This document shows positions 1 through 11,243 of a stretch of DNA of 64,000 bases, in pieces. Under the pieces are notes generated by a model. That model ran no database searches. It was not told the DNA's origin and saw nothing but the letters and a program-made list of their open reading frames with translations. The stretch is taken from positions 774,371 to 838,370 of the forward strand of contig CAVQXX010000012.1 in the NCBI GenBank assembly GCA_963717995.1, in the 5' to 3' direction. The position numbers and the translations under genes are program-made. Each line of letters opens with the position of its first letter. The first letter of the stretch is position 1. The stretch comes from an uncultured Bacteroidales bacterium. Lineage in GTDB: Bacteria; Bacteroidota; Bacteroidia; Bacteroidales; UBA10428.

Positions 1-700
1 ATGGCCTTATGTAAACCCTGATTTCATGGTAAATCTGGCTGTGGAATATCTGACGTTGCCATTGAGCCCATGGCCTGAATTACCCATCCGTGATGACTTC
101 AATGAAAAAGAACTTTCTCCTTACTGGAATTTAATGGCATATCCCTTCTCCAGGGTATATTCACTTACCGACAGGCCAGGATACCTGAGACTTTACGGGA
201 CCGCAAAGCCGGTTATCGAATCAGCACAGGTGTCATTTATCGGAAGGAGACAGGAAGAAATGGCAGGAGAGATTATTGCCGCTATGGAATTTAAACCTCT
301 TGGGCAACATGATGAGGCCGGGTTATCAGTTTACCAGAGCCCCACTTGCCAATATGCCCTTTTCATTACCTTGCGTGGAGGTCAGAAGTATGCCATACTT
401 AGAAAAACAGCAGGTGACATGGTAACAGAATCTTCACCCGTTTGGATTACGACTGACAAAGTATGGCTAAGGATATCATTTGACACAAAGTCATATCATT
501 TTTCTATAGCAGAGCATGAGGGAAACTGGAAAGAGGCGGGTTCGGGACTGGCAAACCTGGTTTCCACTGATGTGGCTGGCACATTTGGCGGTGTAATTAT
601 TGGACCCTACGCAACAGGAAATGGAAGGCCATGCAAAAATCCTGCAGATTTCGACTGGGTGGAATATAAATTTAAAAATATTGAATTGACTGATTTTTAA
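1..700 (+). CDS. 3' part of a GH43-type glycoside hydrolase (C-terminal concanavalin-like beta-sandwich domain); the 5' end lies outside the window
   Basis: The frame of ORF 26..700 stays open back to base 2. LSPYWNLMAYPF..SLTDRPGYLRLYG resembles the domain that follows GH43 beta-xylosidase/arabinofuranosidase propellers. Confidence 0.55.
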   Translation, partial: WPYVNPDFMVNLAVEYLTLPLSPWPELPIRDDFNEKELSPYWNLMAYPFSRVYSLTDRPGYLRLYGTAKPVIESAQVSFIGRRQEEMAGEIIAAMEFKPLGQHDEAGLSVYQSPTCQYALFITLRGGQKYAILRKTAGDMVTESSPVWITTDKVWLRISFDTKSYHFSIAEHEGNWKEAGSGLANLVSTDVAGTFGGVIIGPYATGNGRPCKNPADFDWVEYKFKNIELTDF

Positions 701-776
701 ACTCGGAATTCCTATTGAAATACAATAAACGTATTTCCCGAGCATAATATATTATTATAGTTACTTATACGCTGAT

Positions 777-2942
777 ATGAAATATTTACTCTTTACTTTC
801 CTGATTCTCGCTATGCCTGTTACCGCGCAACAGCCGGTTAATAACCAGGTTTTCAAAGTTACAGGCCATGAACTCTCTGCTTCCCCTGTAAGTTCCCTTT
901 TATACGGCAATTTTATCGAACTCGGATATGGCATCCAGGTGGAATCCATGTGGAGTGAAATGTTCTTTAACCGCAGTTTTGAAAAATTCATGCCTTATCG
1001 TGATATTAACAAAATCTGGTTTGATGTAGTTTATGATGAAAAGGATCTGTCCAAAGGATATGAAAGGGATTGGAGCAAATTTGACTGGTATCATTCGGGA
1101 TATGATCACAACAGCTGGTTTGCAGCCCCGGGAACTCCTCCAAAAGCTTCCATTATTGATGACAGTTCCACATTTATTACTACTACCACACCCCTGAGAA
1201 AAGTGGTGCTTTCGCCTGTAAGGGGCGGCTCCGGCCATGGCGAGCAATGCCTGATGGTAACCAATAATGAGAATACGGAATGGGGTGCAGTGGCGCAGGA
1301 AGGAAAGCTTCTTAAAAAGGGTGAAACCTATCAGTTCCTGGGAATGATAAAATCATCTTCAGGTAAAAAAGAGGCAGAAATCAGGATTTATCAGCAAGGC
1401 AAGTGGGACAATCCGATCTTCACCTTCCCCCTGAAAAATATCGCGGACAGTTTTGCTTTACAGTCCATTTCGTTCGCTAATCCGGCCTATGACGGATATG
1501 TAACATTCAGCCTGTGGATCCCCGGAAAATCTGCCCTGCTCATTGATGATTTCTCCATGAAGCCAATTTCGAATTACTATGGGTGGAGAAATGAAGCTGT
1601 TGAGATATTTAAGCAACTGAATCCGAAGGTGGTTCGTTTTCCCGGCGGGTGTTTTGCCTCCTTCTATGATTGGAAGGAAGGAATAGGACCCTATTCCGAA
1701 AGGATCCCGCGGGATTCCTATTTTTGGGGAGGTCAGAATTACAATGATGTCGGAACGGCTGAATTTGCCATGCTTTGCAAGGCAGCCGGAGCGGAAATGA
1801 GTTATTGCGTAAATGTGTACCATCCTTCCAAGCGGAGGTATGATGTGGATTTCCCCACCTGGCAGGCCGATATGGGAAGGGAATTCGTGAAATTCATGAG
1901 TCTCACTGAGGGTGCGAAATCAGCAGCAGAACTGGTAGCCTATTGTAACCTTCTTTCAGGCAAGCATGCTATGGCTGATCTGAGAATAAAGCATGGTTAT
2001 AAAGAACCTTTTGGAATTAAATACTGGGAATTGGATAATGAGCTTCACCGCTGGTTTGAAGCAGAGGATTATGCATGGGCCGTGGTAGTTTATTCCAAGG
2101 CCATGAAAGCGGTTGACCCGACAATTAAGATCGGCATGTCGTCCTACGGTGATCGTCCCGAAAGGCCATCTTACCATGAAGATATAGATAAAATGCTTGA
2201 AATTGCAGGACCTTATATTGATTTTCTGGCCGACCGCGGGGATGCTGACAAAACTTCCTCGTATATGCTCGGGAAAGTCCGCGCTTATAATAAGTCGCAC
2301 AACACAAGTATAAAATACTGCGATACGGAATGGCTTGCCTATAATACTGAACAAAACCGGGATGCTTATAATATGGCAAACAGGGAGGGAGGAATAACAA
2401 AAAGTTATGCCTTCAGCAAATGGCTGTACGGGATGAACCTGCTAAAGAACTTTATGGCATTTCAGAGGCTGGGTGATGATATGCTGTTTGTAAACTTCAA
2501 CAACCTTGCCAATACTCACAGTCAAAGTGCAATGGAAACGCCTAAAGAGGGTGCCTATCTTACAGCCTCCGGCAGGGCACTTCAATTGCTTTCCAGTTCT
2601 CCGGCTGCCTGGCTGCTCACAATCGAAAACTATAGACCCGGAGCCAACGATGATTACCAGGTGCAGGCTGCCTGGGATATCAACCGGAAAAAACTTGTAT
2701 TGTATGTTTGCAACCGTACGGCTGTTTCCAGAACTGCTGTCTTTGACCTGAGCGATCTCAAAGCGCCTTTTATGAACGCAACAACCAACCGGTTACAGGC
2801 GGATAGCCCGGTGGCCATGAACACGCTATTAAATTCCCAGGCTATAAAAAGAACAACAACAGCAAAAAAAATCAACCTCAAAAAGAACGCATATTCAGTT
2901 GATATACCTGCCTATTCTTTTACCGAGGTAATTTTGCAGTGA
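777..2942 (+). CDS. secreted GH51-like (alpha-L-arabinofuranosidase-type) hydrolase
   Basis: Signal peptide MKYLLFTFLILAMPVTAQQ. VVRFPGGCFASFYDWKEGIGP and KYWELDNELH resemble the GH51 RFPGGNFVS.Y.W.DGIGP and W.LGNE (acid/base Glu) motifs. Confidence 0.55.
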   Translation: MKYLLFTFLILAMPVTAQQPVNNQVFKVTGHELSASPVSSLLYGNFIELGYGIQVESMWSEMFFNRSFEKFMPYRDINKIWFDVVYDEKDLSKGYERDWSKFDWYHSGYDHNSWFAAPGTPPKASIIDDSSTFITTTTPLRKVVLSPVRGGSGHGEQCLMVTNNENTEWGAVAQEGKLLKKGETYQFLGMIKSSSGKKEAEIRIYQQGKWDNPIFTFPLKNIADSFALQSISFANPAYDGYVTFSLWIPGKSALLIDDFSMKPISNYYGWRNEAVEIFKQLNPKVVRFPGGCFASFYDWKEGIGPYSERIPRDSYFWGGQNYNDVGTAEFAMLCKAAGAEMSYCVNVYHPSKRRYDVDFPTWQADMGREFVKFMSLTEGAKSAAELVAYCNLLSGKHAMADLRIKHGYKEPFGIKYWELDNELHRWFEAEDYAWAVVVYSKAMKAVDPTIKIGMSSYGDRPERPSYHEDIDKMLEIAGPYIDFLADRGDADKTSSYMLGKVRAYNKSHNTSIKYCDTEWLAYNTEQNRDAYNMANREGGITKSYAFSKWLYGMNLLKNFMAFQRLGDDMLFVNFNNLANTHSQSAMETPKEGAYLTASGRALQLLSSSPAAWLLTIENYRPGANDDYQVQAAWDINRKKLVLYVCNRTAVSRTAVFDLSDLKAPFMNATTNRLQADSPVAMNTLLNSQAIKRTTTAKKINLKKNAYSVDIPAYSFTEVILQ

Positions 2943-2996
2943 TGGGAGGCGCATATTCAAATACACTAATTCGAAAATTTAATAACAGGAAATTCC

Positions 2997-5363
2997 ATGA
3001 AATCAAAAAACCACCTTCTCATCATTTTCCTTTTCCTGGTATCAGGCATAGTGCCCGGCTGTAAATCAAAACAGGAAAGTGAATTTCCCGATCAGGCAGA
3101 ATTTGCAGCTCCCGAAGCGAAATACAGGGCTTTTGCGGGCCGTGAATTTGACCTGAGAACATTGGATATCAAAAGTGCATTTGACATGATTCATGATTCT
3201 AAAGAAAAGGGATATGGAGGGGTTTTCATCGTCTCAAACAATGCAAATGCAGGTGACCTGGATAAGGATTATATAACGCAGGCAAACCCCCATCTGAGTT
3301 TGGGCGATAAAGGGCTGGTTTATTTAAGCCCTGAATTCCTTAATGTTTATAAGGCCACCGTGGAGGAAGCAAAGAAGTCAGGCATGCAGATTATTATGTA
3401 TGACGACTATGCATTTCCGACAGGCACCGTGGCAGGACAGTTTTATCAGAAGTTCCCTCAATGGATGGCTTCCAGGCTTGATAAGGTGGAAGCCGACAGG
3501 AAAGGTAAGGGTACGATGATGATTACTTTTCCGGAGGGTACGGTTCTTGGCGCAGTATTGATGAACCAGGGTGATAAATCATTAACGGATGTCAGCGATC
3601 AGGTTCAGGGAAGAATACTGAATCTACCGGTTGCCGAAGGAGACTGGAAGCTCATGGGCTTCTATCTGAATCATGAAGAGGTTCTGAAGATCCGTAATCC
3701 CGGAATCATCAATTATATTGAAAAGGAATCGGTTGAGAAGTTCCTTACTATATCTTATGATAAATTTTATGATGCTGTAGGCGAATATTTTGGAACGGTG
3801 ATCCCGATGTCATTTTATGATGAGCCTTCCCTGCATTGGCTTGACGGAAGAATGTGGTCGGCGCAGCTTAATGCAAAATTCACTGAAAAATATGGCGAAT
3901 CACCTATTAAATATTATCCGTCATTATGGTATGATATTGGAGATAAAACTGCGTCAGCCAGAAATGCCCTGCATGGGATCAGGACGGAAATGTACTCTGA
4001 AGCATTTATAAAACAGATCAATGATTGGTGTTCCAACCATAATCTAAAACTATCCGGGCATATGGATCAGGAAGAGATTCCCAATCCAGTGATGAGCAAT
4101 GGGGATTTAATGAAAATTTTTGAATATCAGGATATTCCGGCTGCAGATGATATATTCTTCTGGGGAAGGGCAAACACGGGATATAAAGTTGTTACCTCCG
4201 CTTCCTATAACTATGACAAACCCGTCACATGGGCAGAGACCTATGCTGCCTATGGCGTAATTAATAAGGATACCGCCTACAGGGTTGCGATGGATCAGTA
4301 TGCCATGGGTATCAACATGCAGACTCCTTTTCCGTCCGGGATTGAAGAGAAAATGAGCCTTGACGAAATACAGGAATTCAATAAATTTATTGGCCGAATG
4401 AGCTATATGTTACAGGGCGGCAGACATGTTTCGGATGTAGCCGTATTATACCCAATTGCTTCTGCCATGGCCTATAATGTGTTTAGCGAGGGATGGGAAT
4501 ATGCGTACCTGGGGGGTAAGATGCCAAAGGAATTTGACTATATGTCGGTTGGGGAATATCTTTTTCGGATGCTCAGGATGGACTATACATATTTACATCC
4601 CGAAGTATTCGATGGAAAATGCAAAATTGAAAAAGATGAGATCCACCTGACCAATGCAATCAATGAGGAGAATTATAAGCTCATTATTCTGCCGGGTGGA
4701 TCCACGATCAAGGCAAGCAATGCGGAAAAGCTGCTGGCCTATTATAACCAGGGAGGGAAGATCATTGCTACCAGTATGCTTCCGTATTATTCCGCGGAAT
4801 TTGGTAAGGATGAGGTTGTTCGGAATGCCATGATGAAAATCTTTGGAATTGACAGGGAGACCTTGCTGAATAACAAGTATACAATAAAGGGCAATTTTCT
4901 GAAGAATTCAAATCAACAGGGAGGGAAAGCCTGTTTTCTTCCGAGTCCTGCACCTGTCTTGCTAAATGAAGCAGTTGACCTGTGTGTACCGGTAAGGGAT
5001 GTTACGTTTGGGGAACTTGAGCTGGGAAATCCTTATGAAAAAGTGAGATCAATCAGAAACAAGATTGGAGAAGTAAATTTTATTTTCTTCAACAATGATT
5101 CGATAAAGAATTACCATGGTGCCCTGACATATACACACAAGGTGAAGGACGGGCATGACGTCTATTTTGTTTCCAATTCAACCGAGGAGACTATCAACAC
5201 GAAAGTGCTTTTGCGGGGTAAAAAAGAATTAAGCATATGGGACCCCCAGACTGGCAAATCGCGGAAAATTGAATCGAAACAAATGGTCCGGAACGGGTTC
5301 GACATGACTGAATTCCAGCTTGAACTCAGTGGACCCCAGGCTTTGTTCTTTGTTAGCTTATAA
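2997..5363 (+). CDS. lipoprotein, putative glycoside hydrolase (GH106-like; family uncertain)
   Basis: Lipobox ..GIVPGC. The N-terminal pattern F.APE.KYR...KEKGYGGVFI...YLSPEF...EEAKKSGMQIIMYDDYAFPTG resembles rhamnosidase-type GH106 N-termini. The protein is 788 aa. Confidence 0.4.
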   Translation: MKSKNHLLIIFLFLVSGIVPGCKSKQESEFPDQAEFAAPEAKYRAFAGREFDLRTLDIKSAFDMIHDSKEKGYGGVFIVSNNANAGDLDKDYITQANPHLSLGDKGLVYLSPEFLNVYKATVEEAKKSGMQIIMYDDYAFPTGTVAGQFYQKFPQWMASRLDKVEADRKGKGTMMITFPEGTVLGAVLMNQGDKSLTDVSDQVQGRILNLPVAEGDWKLMGFYLNHEEVLKIRNPGIINYIEKESVEKFLTISYDKFYDAVGEYFGTVIPMSFYDEPSLHWLDGRMWSAQLNAKFTEKYGESPIKYYPSLWYDIGDKTASARNALHGIRTEMYSEAFIKQINDWCSNHNLKLSGHMDQEEIPNPVMSNGDLMKIFEYQDIPAADDIFFWGRANTGYKVVTSASYNYDKPVTWAETYAAYGVINKDTAYRVAMDQYAMGINMQTPFPSGIEEKMSLDEIQEFNKFIGRMSYMLQGGRHVSDVAVLYPIASAMAYNVFSEGWEYAYLGGKMPKEFDYMSVGEYLFRMLRMDYTYLHPEVFDGKCKIEKDEIHLTNAINEENYKLIILPGGSTIKASNAEKLLAYYNQGGKIIATSMLPYYSAEFGKDEVVRNAMMKIFGIDRETLLNNKYTIKGNFLKNSNQQGGKACFLPSPAPVLLNEAVDLCVPVRDVTFGELELGNPYEKVRSIRNKIGEVNFIFFNNDSIKNYHGALTYTHKVKDGHDVYFVSNSTEETINTKVLLRGKKELSIWDPQTGKSRKIESKQMVRNGFDMTEFQLELSGPQALFFVSL

Positions 5364-5374
5364 AAACTACGGCC

Positions 5375-6841
5375 ATGAACATAAAACATAGTGCATTGCA
5401 ACGGAAGGTATTGATTCTTACCTTGATTTCATTTATCATGGTGTCATGCAAAAAAGAAAAGCCCAATGTGGTTTTTATTCTCACCGACCAATGGCGTGCG
5501 TCGGCATTCGGATATACAGGCAACAAAATTGTAAGAACGCCCAATATTGACCGGCTGGCACAGGAATCTGTAAACTTTACCAATGCTGTTTCTGTATGCC
5601 CGGTTTGCACCCCTTACCGGGCTGCACTTCTTACAGGTCGTTATCCTACTTCGACAGGCATGTTTGTGAATGATATTTATCTCCCTTCAGAGGAAGTTTG
5701 CATGGCCGAGATATACCAGCAGGCCGGATATGGCACAGCCTATATTGGCAAGTGGCACCTCGACGGACATGGAAGAGAGGATAATGTTGAACCTGAACGT
5801 CGCCAGGGATTTGAATATTGGAAGGGCCTGGAATGCTCGCATGATTACAACCGGATGCCCTATTATGAAAATGATGACCCTGTAAAAAAATATTGGGAAG
5901 GTTATTCCCCTTTTGCCGAAAGTAAGGATGCCCAACGTTACCTTGAAGAGCATTCAAAAGACAAAAAACCTTTTCTCCTTTTTGTTTCCATGGCTACACC
6001 TCATTTTCCGCATAATTCAGCTCCTCAGGTATATAAGGATATGTATCCCTTACCGGACCTGCAACTGGATCCCAATGTTCCAGATTCACTGAAAGAAATT
6101 GTATTGACTGAATTACAGGGTTATTATGCGCATTGTACAGCAACCGACCAGGCTATCGGGGATTTAATCAACAAGATAAAGTCCCTGGGACTTTCGAAAA
6201 ATACAATCGTAGTATTTACCTCCGATCACGGGGAAATGATGGGTGCGCATGGGCGCCTGCCTTTCCGAAAGCAGCTGGCCTGGGCGGAATCGGCACATAT
6301 TCCGTTTTTGATCAGGTTACCAGGTATGGATAAGGACCAGGCTGCAGGAATCAGTTCACCGCTTACCACTCCGGATATTCTGCCATCGCTATTGGGTTTA
6401 TGCGGTATTAAAATACCAGGAAACATTGAAGGCACTGATCTGTCAGCAATCATTAAAACTCCCTCGACCCAGAAAGACCGTGCAGCCTTATTTATGAGTG
6501 TCTGTCCCTTTGATGTCAATTATCCGGATAAAGAATATCGTGCTATTCGCACAACCCGCTATACCTATGCACGCACTCCTGAAGGACCGTTTATGCTTTT
6601 CGACCATCTGCAGGATCACTGGCAGATGAATAACCTGGCAGATAAGCCCGAAGCATCAGAAATTCAACAGGAACTTGACAACCAGTTAAACAGAGAACTA
6701 TTGAGTATACACGATGAGAATTTTACAACACGTGATGTATATTTGAAGAAATGGGGACTTGAACTGAATAAGGATCATATTATCGAATTTCGGATGATAC
6801 CGGGGCAAAAAAATCCGGTTTACTCCCCAAAACTCCAATAA
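5375..6841 (+). CDS. S1-family sulfatase (Cys-type), lipoprotein
   Basis: Lipobox FIMVSC. PNVVFILTDQ metal-binding start, CTPYRAALLTGRYP (C-x-P-x-R formylglycine motif), GKWHL, FTSDHGE. Confidence 0.9.
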   Translation: MNIKHSALQRKVLILTLISFIMVSCKKEKPNVVFILTDQWRASAFGYTGNKIVRTPNIDRLAQESVNFTNAVSVCPVCTPYRAALLTGRYPTSTGMFVNDIYLPSEEVCMAEIYQQAGYGTAYIGKWHLDGHGREDNVEPERRQGFEYWKGLECSHDYNRMPYYENDDPVKKYWEGYSPFAESKDAQRYLEEHSKDKKPFLLFVSMATPHFPHNSAPQVYKDMYPLPDLQLDPNVPDSLKEIVLTELQGYYAHCTATDQAIGDLINKIKSLGLSKNTIVVFTSDHGEMMGAHGRLPFRKQLAWAESAHIPFLIRLPGMDKDQAAGISSPLTTPDILPSLLGLCGIKIPGNIEGTDLSAIIKTPSTQKDRAALFMSVCPFDVNYPDKEYRAIRTTRYTYARTPEGPFMLFDHLQDHWQMNNLADKPEASEIQQELDNQLNRELLSIHDENFTTRDVYLKKWGLELNKDHIIEFRMIPGQKNPVYSPKLQ

Positions 6842-6866
6842 AGGCCTTGCCAGGAAATACTATAAA

Positions 6867-8261
6867 ATGAAAAAGAAGCCCAATATTCTGATTATTATTG
6901 CTGATCAGCTGAACATTGACAGTTTAGCCGCATATAAGAATCATTTTTCCCATGAAGCCTATGGATGCCATTGGGTAAAGACCCCAAACCTTGACAGGAT
7001 GGTATCACAGGGTTATTCCTTTCTTGAATCTCATAGCTGTAACCCGGTCTGCAGTCCAGCCAGGTCGTGTATTTTTACAGGCAGATACAGCACTGAAACA
7101 GGCATAACCTACAATAATATTGGAATTGATGAGGATGTCCCCAATATGGGACAATGGTTTGAACAGTTCACCGATTACGACCGGGTTTATTGCGGAAAAT
7201 GGCATGCCGGGGGAAAATGGAACTACCCGGATACGGAGGGATCCAGAAAAATTCCCGGATTTGAAACCATGCCGGTAGGGGTTTCCGGTACGGGAGATTT
7301 TAACGATTTCCAGGTATCCGGAGCGCTTCGGGGATATATTCAGAGTCATGATTATGACAAGCCTTTCCTGGCTGTGGCCGGACTTATGAACCCACATGAC
7401 ATTTGTTACTGGACCCAGGGCGATTGGGGGCGCCGGTTGGTTCCTTCAGAGGATTTATTCGGGCTCGGGGATACACTGCCCCCGCTACCGCCCAATTTCA
7501 AATTTGATTTTGAAGATCCTGAACCGGAAATGCAAAGAAATGATCGTTCGGAAATGGAATGGAGAAACTATAATTATGACTATTTGAGGATGGTCGAGAA
7601 GATGGACCAGGATATCGGCAGGTTGCTCGAAGCGGTTAACGGAAGAAAAGATAAGACCCTTGTGATCTTTACATCTGATCACGGGGAAGGGGCCGGTCGT
7701 CACAAGAGGGTTCAGAAATGGCATCCGTTTGAACAATCCATAAAAGTACCGCTGATATTTTATATGCCTGGAATAGTACGAGATCATGTTATTGACCCTG
7801 ATCATATCGTTAATCATTTATCCCTGATGCCCACAGTATGTGATTTTGCGGGCATTCCTTTTCCAAAAGAGTGCCATGCACAAAGCCTTAAGTCATTATT
7901 GACAGATGAAGGAGCTGAAATGGAGCTGGATACGGTCATCGTAGAATTCAGGCACATTGCACGGGTGGTTAGAAAGGGAAGTTTCAAATATGTAAAATAC
8001 TATGCCTATTCAGGCCAGGAAGAAAAACCGTTTATACGAAAATCTGATGGTGAAGCAGAGAAGTTTGTTCCCTGCGTTGGGAGGGAAAGATACAGGGAAA
8101 GTGGAAAACGGTTGCTGTTTAATATTAAGGAGGATCCATGGGAAACCAGGGAATTAAGTAAAAATCCGGATTACAAATTAATTATGGAGGACCTGGAATC
8201 AGTGCTGAGCAAGCAATTTGAGCTGGTCGTGAAGCCGGGTAGCCATTTTGACCGAAATTAA
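6867..8261 (+). CDS. S1-family sulfatase (Cys-type) without a recognisable signal peptide
   Basis: MKKKPNILIIIADQ runs directly into the catalytic core. CSPARSCIFTGRY (C-x-P-x-R), GKWH, FTSDHGE. Confidence 0.85.
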   Translation: MKKKPNILIIIADQLNIDSLAAYKNHFSHEAYGCHWVKTPNLDRMVSQGYSFLESHSCNPVCSPARSCIFTGRYSTETGITYNNIGIDEDVPNMGQWFEQFTDYDRVYCGKWHAGGKWNYPDTEGSRKIPGFETMPVGVSGTGDFNDFQVSGALRGYIQSHDYDKPFLAVAGLMNPHDICYWTQGDWGRRLVPSEDLFGLGDTLPPLPPNFKFDFEDPEPEMQRNDRSEMEWRNYNYDYLRMVEKMDQDIGRLLEAVNGRKDKTLVIFTSDHGEGAGRHKRVQKWHPFEQSIKVPLIFYMPGIVRDHVIDPDHIVNHLSLMPTVCDFAGIPFPKECHAQSLKSLLTDEGAEMELDTVIVEFRHIARVVRKGSFKYVKYYAYSGQEEKPFIRKSDGEAEKFVPCVGRERYRESGKRLLFNIKEDPWETRELSKNPDYKLIMEDLESVLSKQFELVVKPGSHFDRN

Positions 8262-8272
8262 CTCCAAATCCC

Positions 8273-9142
8273 ATGAGCACAAACTTAAACCGGCGCAGAT
8301 TTTTACAAAATACAGGGGTGGGAGCCCTTGGGTTACTTATTCCAAAGCAGCTATTCTCATCTTCATTTGGATTATTATACCACGAAGGGATTAATCCGGG
8401 CAAGGAATTTTCACTCCTTAAAATGGAAAAGATACTGCCGGATTATAAAATTCCTCCGTGCAACAACTTTACTACTGATAAGTTCTGGTTAAGTTATACA
8501 CTTTATAATTTCTACCAGGAACTGGCTTTTAAAGCGGGTTCATTTGAAATTGCAAAGAAGGAGGGTCCATCGCCCTCCTACAAGATCAACTGTTCGCGTA
8601 AGGCAACAGCCGATATTAGCGTTGATAATGAGAATTATACCGGTAAATACAGGGGTAACTACATTTTTAAGGGTGAAATTACTGCCAAAAATGATCTGTT
8701 GGCCAGTCCGGTAAAATGGGAATGTGAAACCAAAATATCGGATGATAGGAATGGTTTGCCCTATTTGAATACCTTGCATCAATGGAAGGGTTCTTTCGAA
8801 AACGGGCAGATTTATTATCATTCAGGTTCACAACATATTGTAAAAACACCGGCAAACAAGGAACTTACCTGGAAATGGGGAATTATTAACCTGGTTCAGA
8901 AAATGGCAGAGCAGTCTGTTCATGAAATTCACTTTTCTGCTTTCGATGAAATGGACATGATCTATGAACATCAATATGCCCGCTTCAGGAAAAAACAACG
9001 GATTGATTGCGGAACATCAAATGAGGAATTCAGTGTTTTCGATGTATTGGGGGATGGTATAATCCCCACCGTATACTGGGTGGACAGTCATTACCGGGTA
9101 ATATTTATAGTAAGCGGAGTTGAAGCCTATGTTTTATCATAA
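8273..9142 (+). CDS. hypothetical protein with twin-arginine signal
   Basis: MSTNLNRRRFLQNTGVGALGLLI is a Tat-type signal. I do not recognise a family for the remaining 289-aa sequence. Confidence 0.5.
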   Translation: MSTNLNRRRFLQNTGVGALGLLIPKQLFSSSFGLLYHEGINPGKEFSLLKMEKILPDYKIPPCNNFTTDKFWLSYTLYNFYQELAFKAGSFEIAKKEGPSPSYKINCSRKATADISVDNENYTGKYRGNYIFKGEITAKNDLLASPVKWECETKISDDRNGLPYLNTLHQWKGSFENGQIYYHSGSQHIVKTPANKELTWKWGIINLVQKMAEQSVHEIHFSAFDEMDMIYEHQYARFRKKQRIDCGTSNEEFSVFDVLGDGIIPTVYWVDSHYRVIFIVSGVEAYVLS

Positions 9143-9160
9143 AAACCAAATATACCTAAC

Positions 9161-11243
9161 ATGAAGACTCTCTTGCTTGTCCTCTCAGCAGTGTTTGCAT
9201 TAACAGCCTGCAACAAAAAACCGGGTACCCCTGATCCCCTGACTGATTCAACTGAAGTTAGGGTTACAATCGAAGTAACCGAAGGTTTCGATATGCCTGT
9301 GCTTACAAAGGGGATGCCCGGGATGGAGGATAATAAATATGGCCTGGAAGGCGGAACCGTAATTCGGCGTCCCGACGGGTATCATCTCTTCTCAGCCGAG
9401 ATGGTGGGAGATCCTCACTGGGTAAAAATGAAACTGGGCCATTGGCTTAGTACCGATGGAAAGAACTGGAAGCGGATCAATACGATATTCGAGTCAAGCG
9501 GTAATTTCACCGGCAGTGATCCAAGGGCAGCCGTGTGGTCGCCCATGCCTTTTTTCAATTCAAAAGAAGATCGGTGGAATTTGTTTTATGTAGGCTATAA
9601 ATCAAAACCCGACAGTGGTGGGATGTGGTTTGGCAATTACGAAGGAAGAATATTCCGGGCCGTGTCCAAAACAAAAGGTTTGGATGGACTCTCCGGCCCT
9701 TATGAGGATGTCAACCTGATTCTGGAACCGGGCAAGGACTCGGACCCCTGGGAAGGCTTGCAGGGTACCGATTCATTTTTTCCTTACCAGGCTTCGGATG
9801 GGAAATTTTACGGTTTTTATGGAAGTGCACAGACACAATACAAGCCTATTCCTGCGTGGCAGATCGGACTTGGCCAGTGCAGAATCACCCGGGGGTCCAT
9901 GGAAGCGTTGCAGTGAGCTGAATCCCATTAACAACGGGCTCTGTTTTACCGAAAATCCGGTGGTTACCAAATTGGATAACGGATTGTTTGTGACCGTTGT
10001 GGATGCAGGTTCTGATTCTTCCAAGCTGGGCCGTTCAGCCTTCGGCTACTTCTGGTCGAGGGATGGCATTCACTGGTCGAAAGAACGCCTTTGCTTCCTT
10101 GAAAACAAGGTTCCAAAATGGTGGAGCTGGATGCGGACTCCTCTTTGCCTTATCAAAGAGAATGACAGCATTTATACCGTATTTCATACGGCATATGATA
10201 AAAACAACTACGGTTCGCTGGGCATGCTTAAAGTGAAAGTCAGGATTGATACCGTAGTCCCTGTCAGATACCTAGACGACAGGTCAACGGCAAAGTACAG
10301 GATGGATGCAGAAGATGTGGGTATTGTACTGCCTTATGGCAATGGTCCTGATTCCTGTGATGCATTAGGGGCGCGTGAAGCGATCATTACAAAGGACAAG
10401 GGTACCTATTACCTGTTTTACGACGGGGCAGGTGCAAAAGGCTGGCTTGCCTGCCTTGCCACAAGCAAAAACCTCGTAACCTGGGAGAAAAAAGGAAAGA
10501 TCATTGATTTCGGAAAAAAAGGTGATCCTGACCAGGCCGGTGCCTGTTCGCCCTGGATTGTGAAGGAGGGCAATACCTGGCACATGTTTTACCTGGGTAC
10601 GCCCAATACCACACCAGCACCTGATTATGTTCCCGTATTTCCATACCTGACCCTTAAAGCCAGAAGTGAAAACATTGAAGGTCCGTGGAAAAAACAGCCG
10701 GGGGTGATCCCGTTCAAACCGGTTAAGAACTCTTTTTATAGCTCAACATGTAGTCCCGGATACATCATCAAACACAACCAGGAGTACCTCATGTATTTCT
10801 CCGCGGCTGACTTTTCAATTAAACGTACACTTTGTATTGCCCGTACGAAAAACCTGGATGCGGCCTGGAAGGTAGATTCAGTGCCCATTGTTCCTCATAA
10901 TGAGCAGATTGAAAATTCGTCCCTGTATTTTGAAGAGGCAAACCAGACATGGTTTCTGTTTACCAACCATATTGCCCTGGATAAGGACGGCGAATATACT
11001 GACGCAATTTGGGTTTACTGGTCTAAAGATCCCGAGAAATGGGATCCGGCGCACAAAGCCATTGTGCTGGACGGAAGCAACTGTAAGTGGTCGCATAGGT
11101 GCATCGGCATGCCAACGGTGGTCAGGTATGGCAGCAAACTCGCCGTTCTTTATGATGCACCAGGCGGGAATAGCGTTAGCCATATGAGGCGCAGTATCGG
11201 CTTAGCTTTCCTGGATCTGCCGCTTCAGGTGCCGGCAGAATAA
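9161..11243 (+). pseudogene. frame-interrupted gene for a lipoprotein with two 5-bladed beta-propeller (GH43/GH32/GH130-clan-like) domains
   Basis: ORFs 9161..9916 and 9798..11243 overlap in frames one apart. Skipping one base near 9872 (ctt g gcc) restores ..PAWQIGLASAESPGGPWKR... Lipobox LTAC. Repeated propeller-type motifs (STDGKNWKR, SRDGIHWSKE, SKNLVTWEKKG). Confidence 0.55.
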
